A stretch of DNA of 32,000 nucleotides from Xanthomonas campestris pv. campestris str. ATCC 33913 (GCF_000007145.1 NC_003902.1:4616497-4648496); one strand, 5' to 3'. Shown: positions 8,222 to 16,857, counted from the first letter of the stretch. Made by a program: numbers and translations. The notes: a model not told the origin generated them from the sequence alone.

Positions 8222-8509
8222 ATGTTCCACTCCATCCGTTCTACCCCGCCCGCTCCCGCTCCGCTGGTGCTGCACGTCCCCGCAGTTGCCGCCAACGATA
8301 GTGCGCCGGCCGCCACCACCGGCATGCACGCGGCACCGCCGTATCGCTGCCCCCGCACCGGCATCTGCAATCGCGACATCTGGAGTGCGCTGCCGGACAT
8401 CCGCAGCACGCGCGACGCGCGTCGCCTGCAGCACCGCCACTGCGGGCTGCTGTGCCTGGCGGCCACTGGTGTGCTGGTGATGGCTGCGTGCCGGTTGCTG
8501 CTGCATTGA
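8222..8509 (+). CDS. Possible small tail-anchored protein (95 aa)
   Basis: Internal ATG of track ORF 7880..8509, preceded by AGGA (8209-8212). My codon-by-codon reading gives about 80% GC3. The C-terminal segment is hydrophobic: CGLLCLAATGVLVMAACRLLL. No family recognised. Confidence 0.35.
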   Translation: MFHSIRSTPPAPAPLVLHVPAVAANDSAPAATTGMHAAPPYRCPRTGICNRDIWSALPDIRSTRDARRLQHRHCGLLCLAATGVLVMAACRLLLH

Positions 8510-8576
8510 ATCCGCGTGCCAGCCGCGCTGGTGCTGCTGATCCATTCGTTGTCTCCTTCCAATCAAGTACCCCTGT

Positions 8577-9239
8577 ATGTCGAGCTCTCCTGTTGTTCGC
8601 TGGTGCGCAATGGCATCGGTCGTCCTGCTGTTATGCAGCTGCGCCAGCACACGGCCACTGCCGTATAGCCAGTTGCCCTCGTCGAGCTATCTGCGTCCGC
8701 ATGACGGGAGCCGCGGCGACCGCATGCCCTACGCGTATCAAGGCGATGCGAACTGGAGCCGCTACCGCGCCGGGATCGTGGAGCCGGTCAGCATCTATCG
8801 CGGACCGGATGCGCAGTTCGAAGACGTACCCGAGCAGGACAAGCGCATGCTGGCCGAGTACATGCAACAGGAATTCAGCGGCGCCATCACCCAGCGCTGG
8901 CAACGCGCCACCACGCCCCTGGCCGACACCGTGCGCATCCGCATCACCCTCACCGGTGCCAAGCCCAACAAACGGGTGATCGGCACCATCATGAAAGTGG
9001 ATATCGGTGGCGGCTCCTACAACGCGGTGCAGGCCGCACGCGGCAAGGAAGGCGCGTTTTCAGGCTCGGTCAGCTACGCGGTGGAAATCTTCGATGCGCA
9101 GAGCAATCGCCTGCTGGCCGCCTACGTCGAGAAGCAATATCCAAGCGCCTTGAACATCAAGGCCAGCCTGGGCGCATACGACGCCGCCAAGGCCGGCATC
9201 CGCAAAGGCGCCGACCAGTTTGTGCAAGGCCTGCAGTGA
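8577..9239 (+). CDS. Probable lipoprotein, DUF3313-like
   Basis: N-terminus MSSSPVVRWCAMASVVLLLCSCAS, with a lipobox-like LCSC. About 220 aa and soluble. The DUF3313 assignment is from memory of the family's size and pattern. An alternative start is the Met at 8610. Confidence 0.75.
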   Translation: MSSSPVVRWCAMASVVLLLCSCASTRPLPYSQLPSSSYLRPHDGSRGDRMPYAYQGDANWSRYRAGIVEPVSIYRGPDAQFEDVPEQDKRMLAEYMQQEFSGAITQRWQRATTPLADTVRIRITLTGAKPNKRVIGTIMKVDIGGGSYNAVQAARGKEGAFSGSVSYAVEIFDAQSNRLLAAYVEKQYPSALNIKASLGAYDAAKAGIRKGADQFVQGLQ

Positions 9240-9428
9240 GTGATGCCGTGACTGCGCTGCGCTGCGCAGCGCGAGGCGGCTAACGTCGACGGCGGCCTGC
9301 GCAGATGCAGTGGCGTGCCGCATTCAAACGTAGCGCTTACCTAGGCTCCGCGGCCGATGTGCGCGCAGCGTCTTGCACACCGATCAATTGGTGCGCCGCT
9401 GTCACCGCCGCCATTGACAATGAAACCA

Positions 9429-9462
9429 GGCCGGCGCTACTGCAGCGCCGGCCCGTGGTTTT
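9429..9462. terminator. Bidirectional terminator hairpin between convergent genes
   Basis: GGCCGGCGCT (9429-9438), loop ACTGC, AGCGCCGGCC (9444-9453): a perfect 10-bp stem. It is flanked by AAACC on one side and GGTTTT on the other, and abuts the stop of the minus-strand gene at 9462. Confidence 0.6.
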
Positions 9463-10241
9463 CAGCGCGTGCCGCGCGGAAGGGCCTTCTTGACTGCGGC
9501 CTTGCGCGCAACGCTGTTCTTGGCCACCACGCGCTTGGCCGGCGATGCGCTGGCGGTGGCGGCTTTCTTCAGTGGCGCCTTTTTCACCGCCACCTGCCGG
9601 GTGGCGGTCTGCTTGGCCGCGGGCGCCTTCTTGGCGATCTTCTTGGCGATCGCCTTCTTCACCGCTACCGACTTCACCTGCGCCTTCTTGGCGGCCGAAC
9701 GCGTGCCGGCCGTGGCAACCGCCGCCTTGCGCGCAGCCTTGCTGGCAGCGGTCTTGGTGCTCAGTGCCGCCGCTTCGGCCTTGGCATTGGCCTTGGCGGT
9801 TTCCAGCTTCAACTTGGTAGTGGCCTTGGTGCTGGCGATCTTCTGCTTGGCCGCGGCCTTGGTAGTGGCAATCTTCTTCTTCGCCGTGGCGGTGGTGCCA
9901 GCGATCTTGCGCTTGGCCGTGGCCGCGGTGGTTCCGATCTTGTGCTTGGCTGCCGCCGTGCCGGTCTCGATCGACTGCCGGGTCTTGGCCACGCTGCGCT
10001 TCACCGCGCTGGCGGCGGCGCCGGCTTTCTTGACCACGCGTTTTTCGACCTTGACCACGGCCTTGCGCGCCTTGCTGACACGCTGCTTGACCTGCGTCAC
10101 CGCGCCATCGGCGGCGTCCTGCACGCTGGCGAACGCGTCACTGGTGGTGCTGGCGATGCTCTGCCCCAGTTCGGTGGCCGTACTTTTCACGCTGTCGACG
10201 GCGTCGGACAGGGTTGCCGTCACACCATTGCCATTGCTCAT
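9462..10241 (-). CDS. Lys/Ala-rich histone-H1-like (AlgP-type) basic protein
   Basis: 259 aa. The first 55 residues or so are acidic/neutral; the rest is AK-rich (AAKKAQVKSVAVKKAIAKKIAKKAPAAK). Strong SD GGAGG is 6 nt upstream of ATG 10241. The terminator is at 9429-9462. Confidence 0.8.
   Translation of the reverse strand: MSNGNGVTATLSDAVDSVKSTATELGQSIASTTSDAFASVQDAADGAVTQVKQRVSKARKAVVKVEKRVVKKAGAAASAVKRSVAKTRQSIETGTAAAKHKIGTTAATAKRKIAGTTATAKKKIATTKAAAKQKIASTKATTKLKLETAKANAKAEAAALSTKTAASKAARKAAVATAGTRSAAKKAQVKSVAVKKAIAKKIAKKAPAAKQTATRQVAVKKAPLKKAATASASPAKRVVAKNSVARKAAVKKALPRGTR
9792..9962 (-). repeat. Five imperfect 33-bp (11-aa) tandem repeats inside the AK-rich gene
   Basis: The GATCTT/AATCTT motif recurs at 9837, 9870, 9903 and 9936, exactly 33 bp apart. 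Peptide units: AAAKHKIGTT / AATAKRKIAGTT / ATAKKKIATTK / AAAKQKIASTK / ATTKLKLETAK. Confidence 0.7.
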
Positions 10242-10485
10242 AAGCCCTCCTTCGGGGCGTCAGTGTGGAAACCCGAGGCGGTGCGCACAGGCACGCCGTA
10301 TTGCTGAATGTGGGGCCGTTCGAGCGGACGCTACGCCGGGCTCAAGCGGCTGTCAACGCAATGCCCACAAGGCCTGCGCGCGACTTTCACCAGCGGTTAA
10401 ATCGCGCACTGGCATCTTCGTTCAGCTTGATTTACGCAGTCAGACGCCCTATTCCTCTTCCACCGCGTAACCCGGAATCCGTTGC

Positions 10486-11922
10486 ATGCGACCGCTGCCC
10501 ACCCTGCTGTCCCTTTCGCTGGCCGCCGCGTTCGGCGGTTTCGCTGCCAGCGGCATCAATGCCTGGCTGGACAACCGCGCCGAAGCGGCGCCCACTGCCG
10601 GTGCGGCGTTTACGCTGCCCACCGCCGCCACGTTGCCGGCGGCGGTCGCCGGGCAGCCGGTGCCCTCACTGGCGCCGATGCTGCAGCAGGCCATGCCGGC
10701 AGTGGTGAGCGTCAACACCAAGCAGGTGGTGCGGGTACGCAACCCGTTCTTCAATGATCCGATCCTGCGCCGGCTGTTTCCGGAAATTCCGCAGGACCGC
10801 ATCAACGAGTCGCTGGGCTCGGGGGTGATCATCGATGCGCAAAAAGGCTATGTGCTGACCAACCACCACGTCATCGAAAACGCCGACGACGTACAGGTGA
10901 CGCTCGGCGACGGGCGCACGGTCAAGGCCGATTTCATTGGCTCCGATGCCGATACCGACATCGCGCTGATCCGCATCAAGGCCGACAACCTCACCGACAT
11001 CAAACTGGCTGACAGCAACGCCTTGCGCGTCGGCGACTTTGTGGTGGCGATCGGTAACCCGTTCGGCTTCACCCAGACGGTCACCTCGGGCATCGTGTCG
11101 GCGGTGGGCCGCAGCGGCATCCGTGGGCTGGGCTACCAGAACTTCATCCAGACCGATGCGTCGATCAACCCCGGCAATTCCGGCGGTGCGCTGGTCAATC
11201 TGCAGGGCCAGTTGGTCGGCATCAATACCGCCAGCTTCAACCCGCAAGGCAGCATGGCCGGCAACATCGGCCTGGGCCTGGCGATCCCGTCCAACCTGGC
11301 GCGCAACGTGGTCGAGCAATTGGTGACCAAGGGCGTGGTGGTGCGCGGCACGCTTGGCCTGGAAACCCAGAACCTGACCCAGCAAATGCTGCAGGGCCTG
11401 GGTGTGGATTCGCTGCGCGGTGCGCTGGTGACGCGCGTGCTGCCGGGTTCGGCCGCGGCAGCGGCTGGCGTGCAACCTGGTGATGTGATCGTGGCAGCCA
11501 ACGATCAACGCGTGGACAGCGCGCAGGCGCTGCACAACTACGAAGGCCTGCAGGCAGTAGGCAGTGCGGTCACGCTGGACATCCGCCGCGACGGCAAGCC
11601 GCTCAAGCTCAAGGCCACCTTGAAGGAACAGGACCGCACAGTCACCGGCGACATGCTCGACCCGCGCCTGGGCGGCGCCACCTTCGTGGATCTGCCCGAA
11701 TCGCTGCGCCAGTCCGGTGTCACCGGGGTCATGGTGAGCGAGGTCAAACGCGGCGGGCGCGCGGCTGCCAACGGGCTGGTGAGCGGCGATGTGATCGTGG
11801 CCAGCAGCGTGGGCGAGTTCGCCGACCTGGCCAGCTGGCGGGCCAATTTCCAGCGCAAGCCGCAACAGCTGGTGCTACGCATCCTGCGCGGAAACGCCCA
11901 GTACGACGCGCTCATGCGTTGA
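10486..11922 (+). CDS. htrA: Periplasmic serine endoprotease, HtrA/DegP/DegQ (MucD-type), two PDZ domains
   Basis: Signal peptide present. Catalytic triad contexts: TNHHVI, DTDIALIRI, GNSGGALVN. Two PDZ-like segments: GALVTRVLPGSAAAAAGVQPGDVIV and VMVSEVKRGGRAAANGLVSGDVIV. Confidence 0.95.
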   Translation: MRPLPTLLSLSLAAAFGGFAASGINAWLDNRAEAAPTAGAAFTLPTAATLPAAVAGQPVPSLAPMLQQAMPAVVSVNTKQVVRVRNPFFNDPILRRLFPEIPQDRINESLGSGVIIDAQKGYVLTNHHVIENADDVQVTLGDGRTVKADFIGSDADTDIALIRIKADNLTDIKLADSNALRVGDFVVAIGNPFGFTQTVTSGIVSAVGRSGIRGLGYQNFIQTDASINPGNSGGALVNLQGQLVGINTASFNPQGSMAGNIGLGLAIPSNLARNVVEQLVTKGVVVRGTLGLETQNLTQQMLQGLGVDSLRGALVTRVLPGSAAAAAGVQPGDVIVAANDQRVDSAQALHNYEGLQAVGSAVTLDIRRDGKPLKLKATLKEQDRTVTGDMLDPRLGGATFVDLPESLRQSGVTGVMVSEVKRGGRAAANGLVSGDVIVASSVGEFADLASWRANFQRKPQQLVLRILRGNAQYDALMR

Positions 11923-12037
11923 TCCGGCGTGCACTGGCGAGCGCCTGCCCTAACACCCCCTACACCCTGCCGATGCTATTGCTACCGCACGACCGCACGC
12001 TTTCGCGGCTGCCCTCAACGACCGTAGGAGATATCGC

Positions 12038-12400
12038 ATGAGCCCCACCAATACCGAACAGCTGAAGGACAACCTGAGCGAAGCCGGCACCCATCTGAAG
12101 TCCGCCGCCAGCGCAGCAGGTGAAGCGGTCAAGGGTGCCACCAGCGCCGCGGGCGATGAGCTCAAGCTGGGCCGTGCCAACGTCAAGGCCGAACTGTCCG
12201 ACACCGCGCTTGCGGGCATGGCCGCTGCCGAGTTCGGTGGCGCCGCTGCCAAGGAACAGATGGACGTGCTGGTCAGCAAGGGCAACGACCTGCTCGACAG
12301 CGCCACCGACCTGATCCGCGAGCGTCCGCTGGCCGCCTTTGGTGTGGCATTTGCTGCTGGCTGGATCATCGCCAAGCTGGCCCGTAGCAACGACAACTAA
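12038..12400 (+). CDS. DUF883 (ElaB/YqjD/YgaM-type) membrane-anchored stress protein
   Basis: AGGAGA SD lies upstream of ATG 12038. The body is helical and Ala-rich. The C-terminus is ERPLAAFGVAFAAGWIIAKLAR, the typical ElaB/YqjD tail anchor. Confidence 0.85.
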   Translation: MSPTNTEQLKDNLSEAGTHLKSAASAAGEAVKGATSAAGDELKLGRANVKAELSDTALAGMAAAEFGGAAAKEQMDVLVSKGNDLLDSATDLIRERPLAAFGVAFAAGWIIAKLARSNDN

Positions 12401-12403
12401 GTC

Positions 12404-12907
12404 GTGAGCGATCAGGCCTCTACTGCTGGCGGCCCGGACACGCACGACGCACGTCCGGAAACGCCAGGATTGGACGAAAGCGTACGTCAGGTCGGTGCTG
12501 CCGGCCGGGCGACGCTGGGATCGGCCAGAGACACCAGTCGCGCCTTGCGCCGGCTGGTGTCGGCCGACCTGCAACTGGCACGCAGCGCCTTTGGCCGCGG
12601 CCTGGCCTGGGCATGTGTGGCGGTGGTGTTTGGCGCCTCGTCCTGGTTGCTGCTGGCCGGTGCCATCATTGCGCTGCTGCAACGGGCAGGGCTGTCGTGG
12701 TTCCAGGCAATGTTCTTCACCGCGCTGGCCAGCCTGCTGGTCACTGGCCTCGCCGCATGGCGGGTGTTCTTCTACTTCGATCACACCGGCATGAATGCCA
12801 CGCGTCGACAACTGGTGCGCCTGGGCATCTTCGATGACGGCAATGACGATGAGACCGGCCCGACCTCGCCGGCAGCGCCATCGTCCACAACCGGAGGCCG
12901 CCCATGA
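12404..12907 (+). CDS. YqjE/DUF1469-like (phage-holin-family) inner membrane protein
   Basis: GTG start 3 bp after the previous stop. Two central TM helices: LAWACVAVVFGASSWLLLAGAIIALL and FFTALASLLVTGLAAWRVFFYF. The assignment rests on topology and on gene order matching E. coli yqjD-yqjE-yqjK. Confidence 0.65.
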   Translation: MSDQASTAGGPDTHDARPETPGLDESVRQVGAAGRATLGSARDTSRALRRLVSADLQLARSAFGRGLAWACVAVVFGASSWLLLAGAIIALLQRAGLSWFQAMFFTALASLLVTGLAAWRVFFYFDHTGMNATRRQLVRLGIFDDGNDDETGPTSPAAPSSTTGGRP

Positions 12908-13383
12908 AATTCGGCGCCATGCGTCATCGCGTTGAACGCGCCGAACTGCTGGTCGAAGGCCGCAGTGACGAAACCCGCCAGCATTGGGCGGAGCTGCGTC
13001 AGGCCTGGACCAGTGGCTGGTCACCGGTGCGGATTCTGGTCGCCGGTTTCGGACTGGGCTTTGTCGTCGGCCGCAACGAACCCCAGGCTGCACTGGGCAG
13101 CATTGCCAGCAAGTTGGGCGGCATCCCCAAGATCCTGCAGATGATCAGCACCATCTCGGCGCTGTTTACCGCGCACCGCGCGCAGGAAGCGTCCGAGCAG
13201 GCCGAACGCGCTGCCGACAACGCCGAAGAAGTTGCCGCCGACAACAGCGCAGGTGCCGCCATGGGCCCGGTGCCGGTGGACGAACGCACGCTGGCCACGG
13301 CAACCGTGGCGCCAGCCCAGGCGACCTACCCGCGTGGCGCACCGCCCGCGGCAGAGGCCGCTACCGAGCTCTCCGAGCATTGA
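12904..13383 (+). CDS. YqjK-like protein
   Basis: ATGA overlap with the previous gene. N-terminal RHRVERAELLVEGR coil, one TM helix (VRILVAGFGLGFVVG), and an acidic Ala-rich tail. Assigned mainly by context. Confidence 0.55.
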   Translation: MKFGAMRHRVERAELLVEGRSDETRQHWAELRQAWTSGWSPVRILVAGFGLGFVVGRNEPQAALGSIASKLGGIPKILQMISTISALFTAHRAQEASEQAERAADNAEEVAADNSAGAAMGPVPVDERTLATATVAPAQATYPRGAPPAAEAATELSEH

Positions 13384-13387
13384 ATTC

Positions 13388-13409
13388 CCGCGCACAGTTC
13401 TGTGCGCGG
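13388..13409 (+). terminator. GC-rich hairpin after the yqjK-like gene
   Basis: CCGCGCACAG TT CTGTGCGCGG: perfectly complementary 10-nt arms, 5 bp after the stop at 13383. There is no clear T-run, so function is uncertain. Confidence 0.4.
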
Positions 13410-13473
13410 CGTTGACACGTTCTGCTGATAATGGCCCACCGCCGGCACCTCGCCGGCTGCTGCCAGGGCGCGC

Positions 13474-14580
13474 ATGAACTTCCCCGTTGACTCACTGGAT
13501 GCCGCCGAACCGGCAGACTCGCTTCCGCCACCACCGGCGCCACGCCCGCGTGCACCCGCCTCGTTGGTGGTGTTGGCCACGCTGGCAGTGGGCTACACGC
13601 TCTGGGCCGCGCAAACGATCATCCTGCCGGTGATGCTGGCGGCGTTTTTCGCGCTGATCGGTAATCCCATCCTGCGCGGTCTGCGCAAGCTGTACATCCC
13701 GCGCTTTCTCGGCGCCTTGATGATCCTGTGCCTGGGCCTGGCCGGCACCGTGGCACTGGCTGCGCAATTGGCGGGCCCGGCGGCCGAGTGGGTGCAGCAG
13801 GCACCGCGGCAGATGCGCCAGATCGCCCGCGATGTGCGCGACTTCACCAAGCCGGTGCAGCAGGCCAATCAGGCGGCGGAAAATTTTGCCCGCGCCGCTG
13901 GCGGTGAAGGCGCACGCGGCATCCAGATCGTGCGCACGCAGCTGGATGACCCGTACAAATCACTGACCCGCACACCCAAGCTCGCCGCCTCGGTGCTGGC
14001 GGTGGTGCTGCTGACGTTCTTCTTCATGGTGTATGGCGAGAGCCTGCAACGGCATGCGATTGCCTTGCTGCCCAATCGTCAGCAACAACGCTTCACCACC
14101 GAAATCATGCTGGACATCGAGCGCGAGGTCTCGCGCTATGTGCTCACCATCAGCGTGATCAATATGCTGGTGGGTCTGGTATTTGCCGGCATTTTGTACG
14201 TACTCAAGATTCCGCTGCCCGAAGCGCTGCTGTGGGGCACCGTGGTGGCGCTGCTGAATTTCGCGCCGTACGTGGGCCCGCTGATCGGCGTGATGCTGAT
14301 GTTGCTGATGGGCTTTGTGGAATTCCGCACCACGTTGTCTTCGCTGCTGCCGGCCATTCTGTATCTAGCGCTGCATACCATCGAAGGCCAGGTGGTCACC
14401 CCGATCGTGCTGGGCCGGCGCATGGCGATCTCGCCACTGATGTTGATCCTGGCGTTGATGCTGTTTGGCTGGCTCTGGGGCATGGTCGGCCTGCTGCTGG
14501 CGGTGCCGCTGCTGGTGTGCATCAAGATGGTGCTCAGCCGGGTGGAAGGCATGCAGCGCTGGGCGCGGTTGTTGGAGTAG
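13474..14580 (+). CDS. AI-2E family transporter (PerM/YhhT, UPF0118)
   Basis: 368 aa and polytopic. Conserved C-terminal region: EGQVVTPIVLGRRMAISPLMLILALMLFGWLWGMVGLLLAVPLL. Confidence 0.9.
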   Translation: MNFPVDSLDAAEPADSLPPPPAPRPRAPASLVVLATLAVGYTLWAAQTIILPVMLAAFFALIGNPILRGLRKLYIPRFLGALMILCLGLAGTVALAAQLAGPAAEWVQQAPRQMRQIARDVRDFTKPVQQANQAAENFARAAGGEGARGIQIVRTQLDDPYKSLTRTPKLAASVLAVVLLTFFFMVYGESLQRHAIALLPNRQQQRFTTEIMLDIEREVSRYVLTISVINMLVGLVFAGILYVLKIPLPEALLWGTVVALLNFAPYVGPLIGVMLMLLMGFVEFRTTLSSLLPAILYLALHTIEGQVVTPIVLGRRMAISPLMLILALMLFGWLWGMVGLLLAVPLLVCIKMVLSRVEGMQRWARLLE

Positions 14581-14679
14581 CCGGGAATCGGGAATCGGGA
14601 ATCGGGAGTTGGGAATCGGGAATCGCAAGAGCAGTGGCTGCGCTCTACCCATTCTCGATTCCCGACTCCCCATTCCCGG
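14581..14679. repeat. Heptamer microsatellite (GGGAATC)n arranged as a long imperfect inverted repeat
   Basis: Six tandem heptamers at 14583-14624: GGGAATC x3, GGGAGTT, GGGAATC x2. The opposing arm at 14648-14679 reads GGGAATG GGGAGTC GGGAATC GAGAATG on the other strand. The outer 8 bp, CCGGGAAT / ATTCCCGG, pair perfectly. The array starts 1 bp after the transporter stop. Confidence 0.9.
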
Positions 14680-14694
14680 CATTACAATCTCGCG

Positions 14695-15426
14695 ATGAGT
14701 TTCCAAATCAGCGCCATCACCATCGACCTCGACGACACGTTGTGGCCCTTCGCTCCGATCGGTGCGCGCATCGATCAAGTGTTGTACGACTGGATGCGCG
14801 AGCACAGCCCGGTCACCGCAGCGCGGTTCCCGGTGGAGGCGATGCGCGAGTTGCGTGAGCGCAGCTTTGCCGACAACCCGCACCTGCATCACGACCTGAG
14901 CGCGCTGCGCAGGCTCACGCTGGAGATGGCCTTGCGCGACAGCGGCGGCGATCTGGCGTTGCTGGAGCCGGCGTATGAAGTGTTCTATGCCGCGCGCAAT
15001 CAGGTGGAATGCTATCCGGATGCGCTCGATGCCTTGGCACGCATCGCCGCGCACGTGCCGGTGGCCGCGCTGAGCAACGGCAATGCCGATCTGGAACGCA
15101 TCGGCCTGATGCACCATTTCGCTTTCCAGCTTGGCTCGCGCGAACACGGCAGCGCAAAACCCGACCCGAGCATCTTCCTGGCCGCATGCGCGCGCCTGCA
15201 GGCGCCGCCCGCACAGGTGCTGCATGTGGGCGACCACGTGCGCATGGATGTGCTGGGCGCGCTCGATGCCGGCCTGCGCGCGTGCTGGATCAACCGCGAG
15301 CAGGCGCAGTGGTCGCACCCCACCCAGCAGCCGGACCTGGAGTTCGACAGCCTGACCGGCCTGGCCGATTGGCTGGACGTGCACCACACACCGGCGGCGC
15401 ACGCTGGCGTGTGCGTGCCCGGCTAA
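14695..15426 (+). CDS. HAD-superfamily hydrolase (subfamily IA-like)
   Basis: Motif I ITIDLDDTLW, motif II ALSNG, motif III KPDP, motif IV HVGDHVRMDV. Confidence 0.85.
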   Translation: MSFQISAITIDLDDTLWPFAPIGARIDQVLYDWMREHSPVTAARFPVEAMRELRERSFADNPHLHHDLSALRRLTLEMALRDSGGDLALLEPAYEVFYAARNQVECYPDALDALARIAAHVPVAALSNGNADLERIGLMHHFAFQLGSREHGSAKPDPSIFLAACARLQAPPAQVLHVGDHVRMDVLGALDAGLRACWINREQAQWSHPTQQPDLEFDSLTGLADWLDVHHTPAAHAGVCVPG

Positions 15427-15486
15427 ACCCGGCGCCTTCTTTCCGCAGCTTTCGCGCGGCATGCCGCGCTGCATTCGAGGATTCCC

Positions 15487-16857
15487 ATGTCGCACCTCAC
15501 CGGTTTCACCGACCCCAGCGCGGCGGCGTTGCCGCTGCATGTCCTCGACCGCGAAGGGTTTGCCAGCTGGTGTGCCGACCAGCCCACCCAGGTGCTGGCA
15601 TGGGCGCAGGCGCAACGCTTCGACGCCGCACCCGGCAGCGTGCTGCTGCTGCCCGGTGAGCAGGGCCTGGCCGGTGCGGTGCTGGGCATTGGTGACCGCG
15701 CTGACGCGTATGCGTATGCGCATGCGCCGATGGCGCTGCCGCCGGCCAGCCGCTGGATGCTGGCCACGCCGTTGAACGAAGCCGAACAGGCGCTGCTGCA
15801 GCTGGGCTGGGGCTTGGGGGCCTACCGTTTTGCACGCTACCGCAAGGTGCCGCGTGCGCCGGCCGAACTGGCCGCCGCGCCGTCTGCGCATACCCGCGCG
15901 CTGATCGAGGCCTGCCTGCAGGTGCGCGACTGGGTCAATACACCCACCGAAGACATGGGCCCGCAGCATCTGGAAGACGCCGCACGCGCCTTGGCGCAGA
16001 CGCACGGCGCACAGGTCGAGGCGATTGTCGGCGAGCAGTTGCTGACGCAGAACTTCCCCACCATCCATGCAGTGGGCCGTGCCTCGCACCGGGCGCCGCG
16101 GTTGATCGTGCTGCGCTGGGGCAAGCCGGAACACCCGCACCTGATGCTGGTCGGCAAGGGCGTGTGCTTCGACACCGGTGGGCTGGACCTGAAACCGGCC
16201 GACGGCATGCGCAACATGAAAAAAGACATGGGCGGCGCCGCGCATGCACTGGCGCTGGCCGGGCTGGTGATGGCGCAGCAGCTGCCGGTGCAGCTGACGT
16301 TGCTGATTCCGGCGGTGGAAAACGCCGTGGGCCCGGATGCATTCCGTCCTGGCGAAGTGATCATCACCCGCGCCGGCGTGAGCGTGGAAGTGGACAACAC
16401 CGATGCCGAAGGCCGCCTGGTGCTGTGCGATGCGCTCAGCTACGCCAGCGAGCAACGCCCGGACCTGATCCTGGATTTCGCCACGCTCACCGGCGCGGCG
16501 CGCATTGCGCTGGGCCCGGACCTGCCGGCGCTGTTCGCCAACGACGAAGCAGTGGCGCAGGCCTGGTTGGGCGCTGGCGAACGCACCCGCGACCCGGTCT
16601 GGCGCATGCCCTTGTGGCGCCCGTACCTGCGGTATCTCAACAGCCATGTCGCCGACATGGCCAATGCCGGCTCGCGCATGGCCGGCGCGGTGACCGCGGC
16701 GCTGTATCTGGAACGCTTTATCGCCCCGGGCCTGGCGTGGGCGCATCTGGACGTCTACGCCTGGAACGACAGCGACCGCCCCGGCCGCCCCGCCGGCGGC
16801 GAAGCACTGGCGTTGCGCTCGGCCTTTGCGATGCTGCAGCAGCGTTACGGCGGCTGA
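15487..16857 (+). CDS. M17 leucyl aminopeptidase family protein
   Basis: VGKGVCFDTGGLDLKP, MKKDMGGAA and the M17 signature NTDAEGRLVLCDAL. Confidence 0.9.
   Translation: MSHLTGFTDPSAAALPLHVLDREGFASWCADQPTQVLAWAQAQRFDAAPGSVLLLPGEQGLAGAVLGIGDRADAYAYAHAPMALPPASRWMLATPLNEAEQALLQLGWGLGAYRFARYRKVPRAPAELAAAPSAHTRALIEACLQVRDWVNTPTEDMGPQHLEDAARALAQTHGAQVEAIVGEQLLTQNFPTIHAVGRASHRAPRLIVLRWGKPEHPHLMLVGKGVCFDTGGLDLKPADGMRNMKKDMGGAAHALALAGLVMAQQLPVQLTLLIPAVENAVGPDAFRPGEVIITRAGVSVEVDNTDAEGRLVLCDALSYASEQRPDLILDFATLTGAARIALGPDLPALFANDEAVAQAWLGAGERTRDPVWRMPLWRPYLRYLNSHVADMANAGSRMAGAVTAALYLERFIAPGLAWAHLDVYAWNDSDRPGRPAGGEALALRSAFAMLQQRYGG

Noticed and set aside
9330-9350. AAACGTAGCG shared with the 147-bp element, as a possible third copy
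   Set aside because: Only a 10-mer plus a loose GGCGGCTAAC match about 45 bp upstream. That is insufficient to call a repeat copy.
9357-10470. Two + strand ORFs (316 and 333 aa) opposite the AK-rich gene
   Set aside because: The monotonous GCC/AAG codons keep all frames open. The minus-strand frame has a strong GGAGG SD and a terminator, and these ORFs have neither.
10242-10485. Sigma-E-type (GAACTT-N16-TCTGA) promoter upstream of htrA
   Set aside because: I looked for it because htrA/mucD genes are often sigma-E dependent. Only a weak GACTTT...TCGCG resemblance was found.
14581-14679. Heptamer arrays as a possible CRISPR array
   Set aside because: The period is 7 bp with no unique spacers, and the total length is under 100 bp. 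There are no cas genes. It is a microsatellite or inverted repeat, not CRISPR.
14365-16746. 793-aa minus-strand ORF, the longest in the window
   Set aside because: It lies antisense to three well-supported + strand genes (transporter 3' end, HAD, M17 peptidase). It reads straight through the heptamer repeat (IPNSRFPIPDSR). Shadow ORF.
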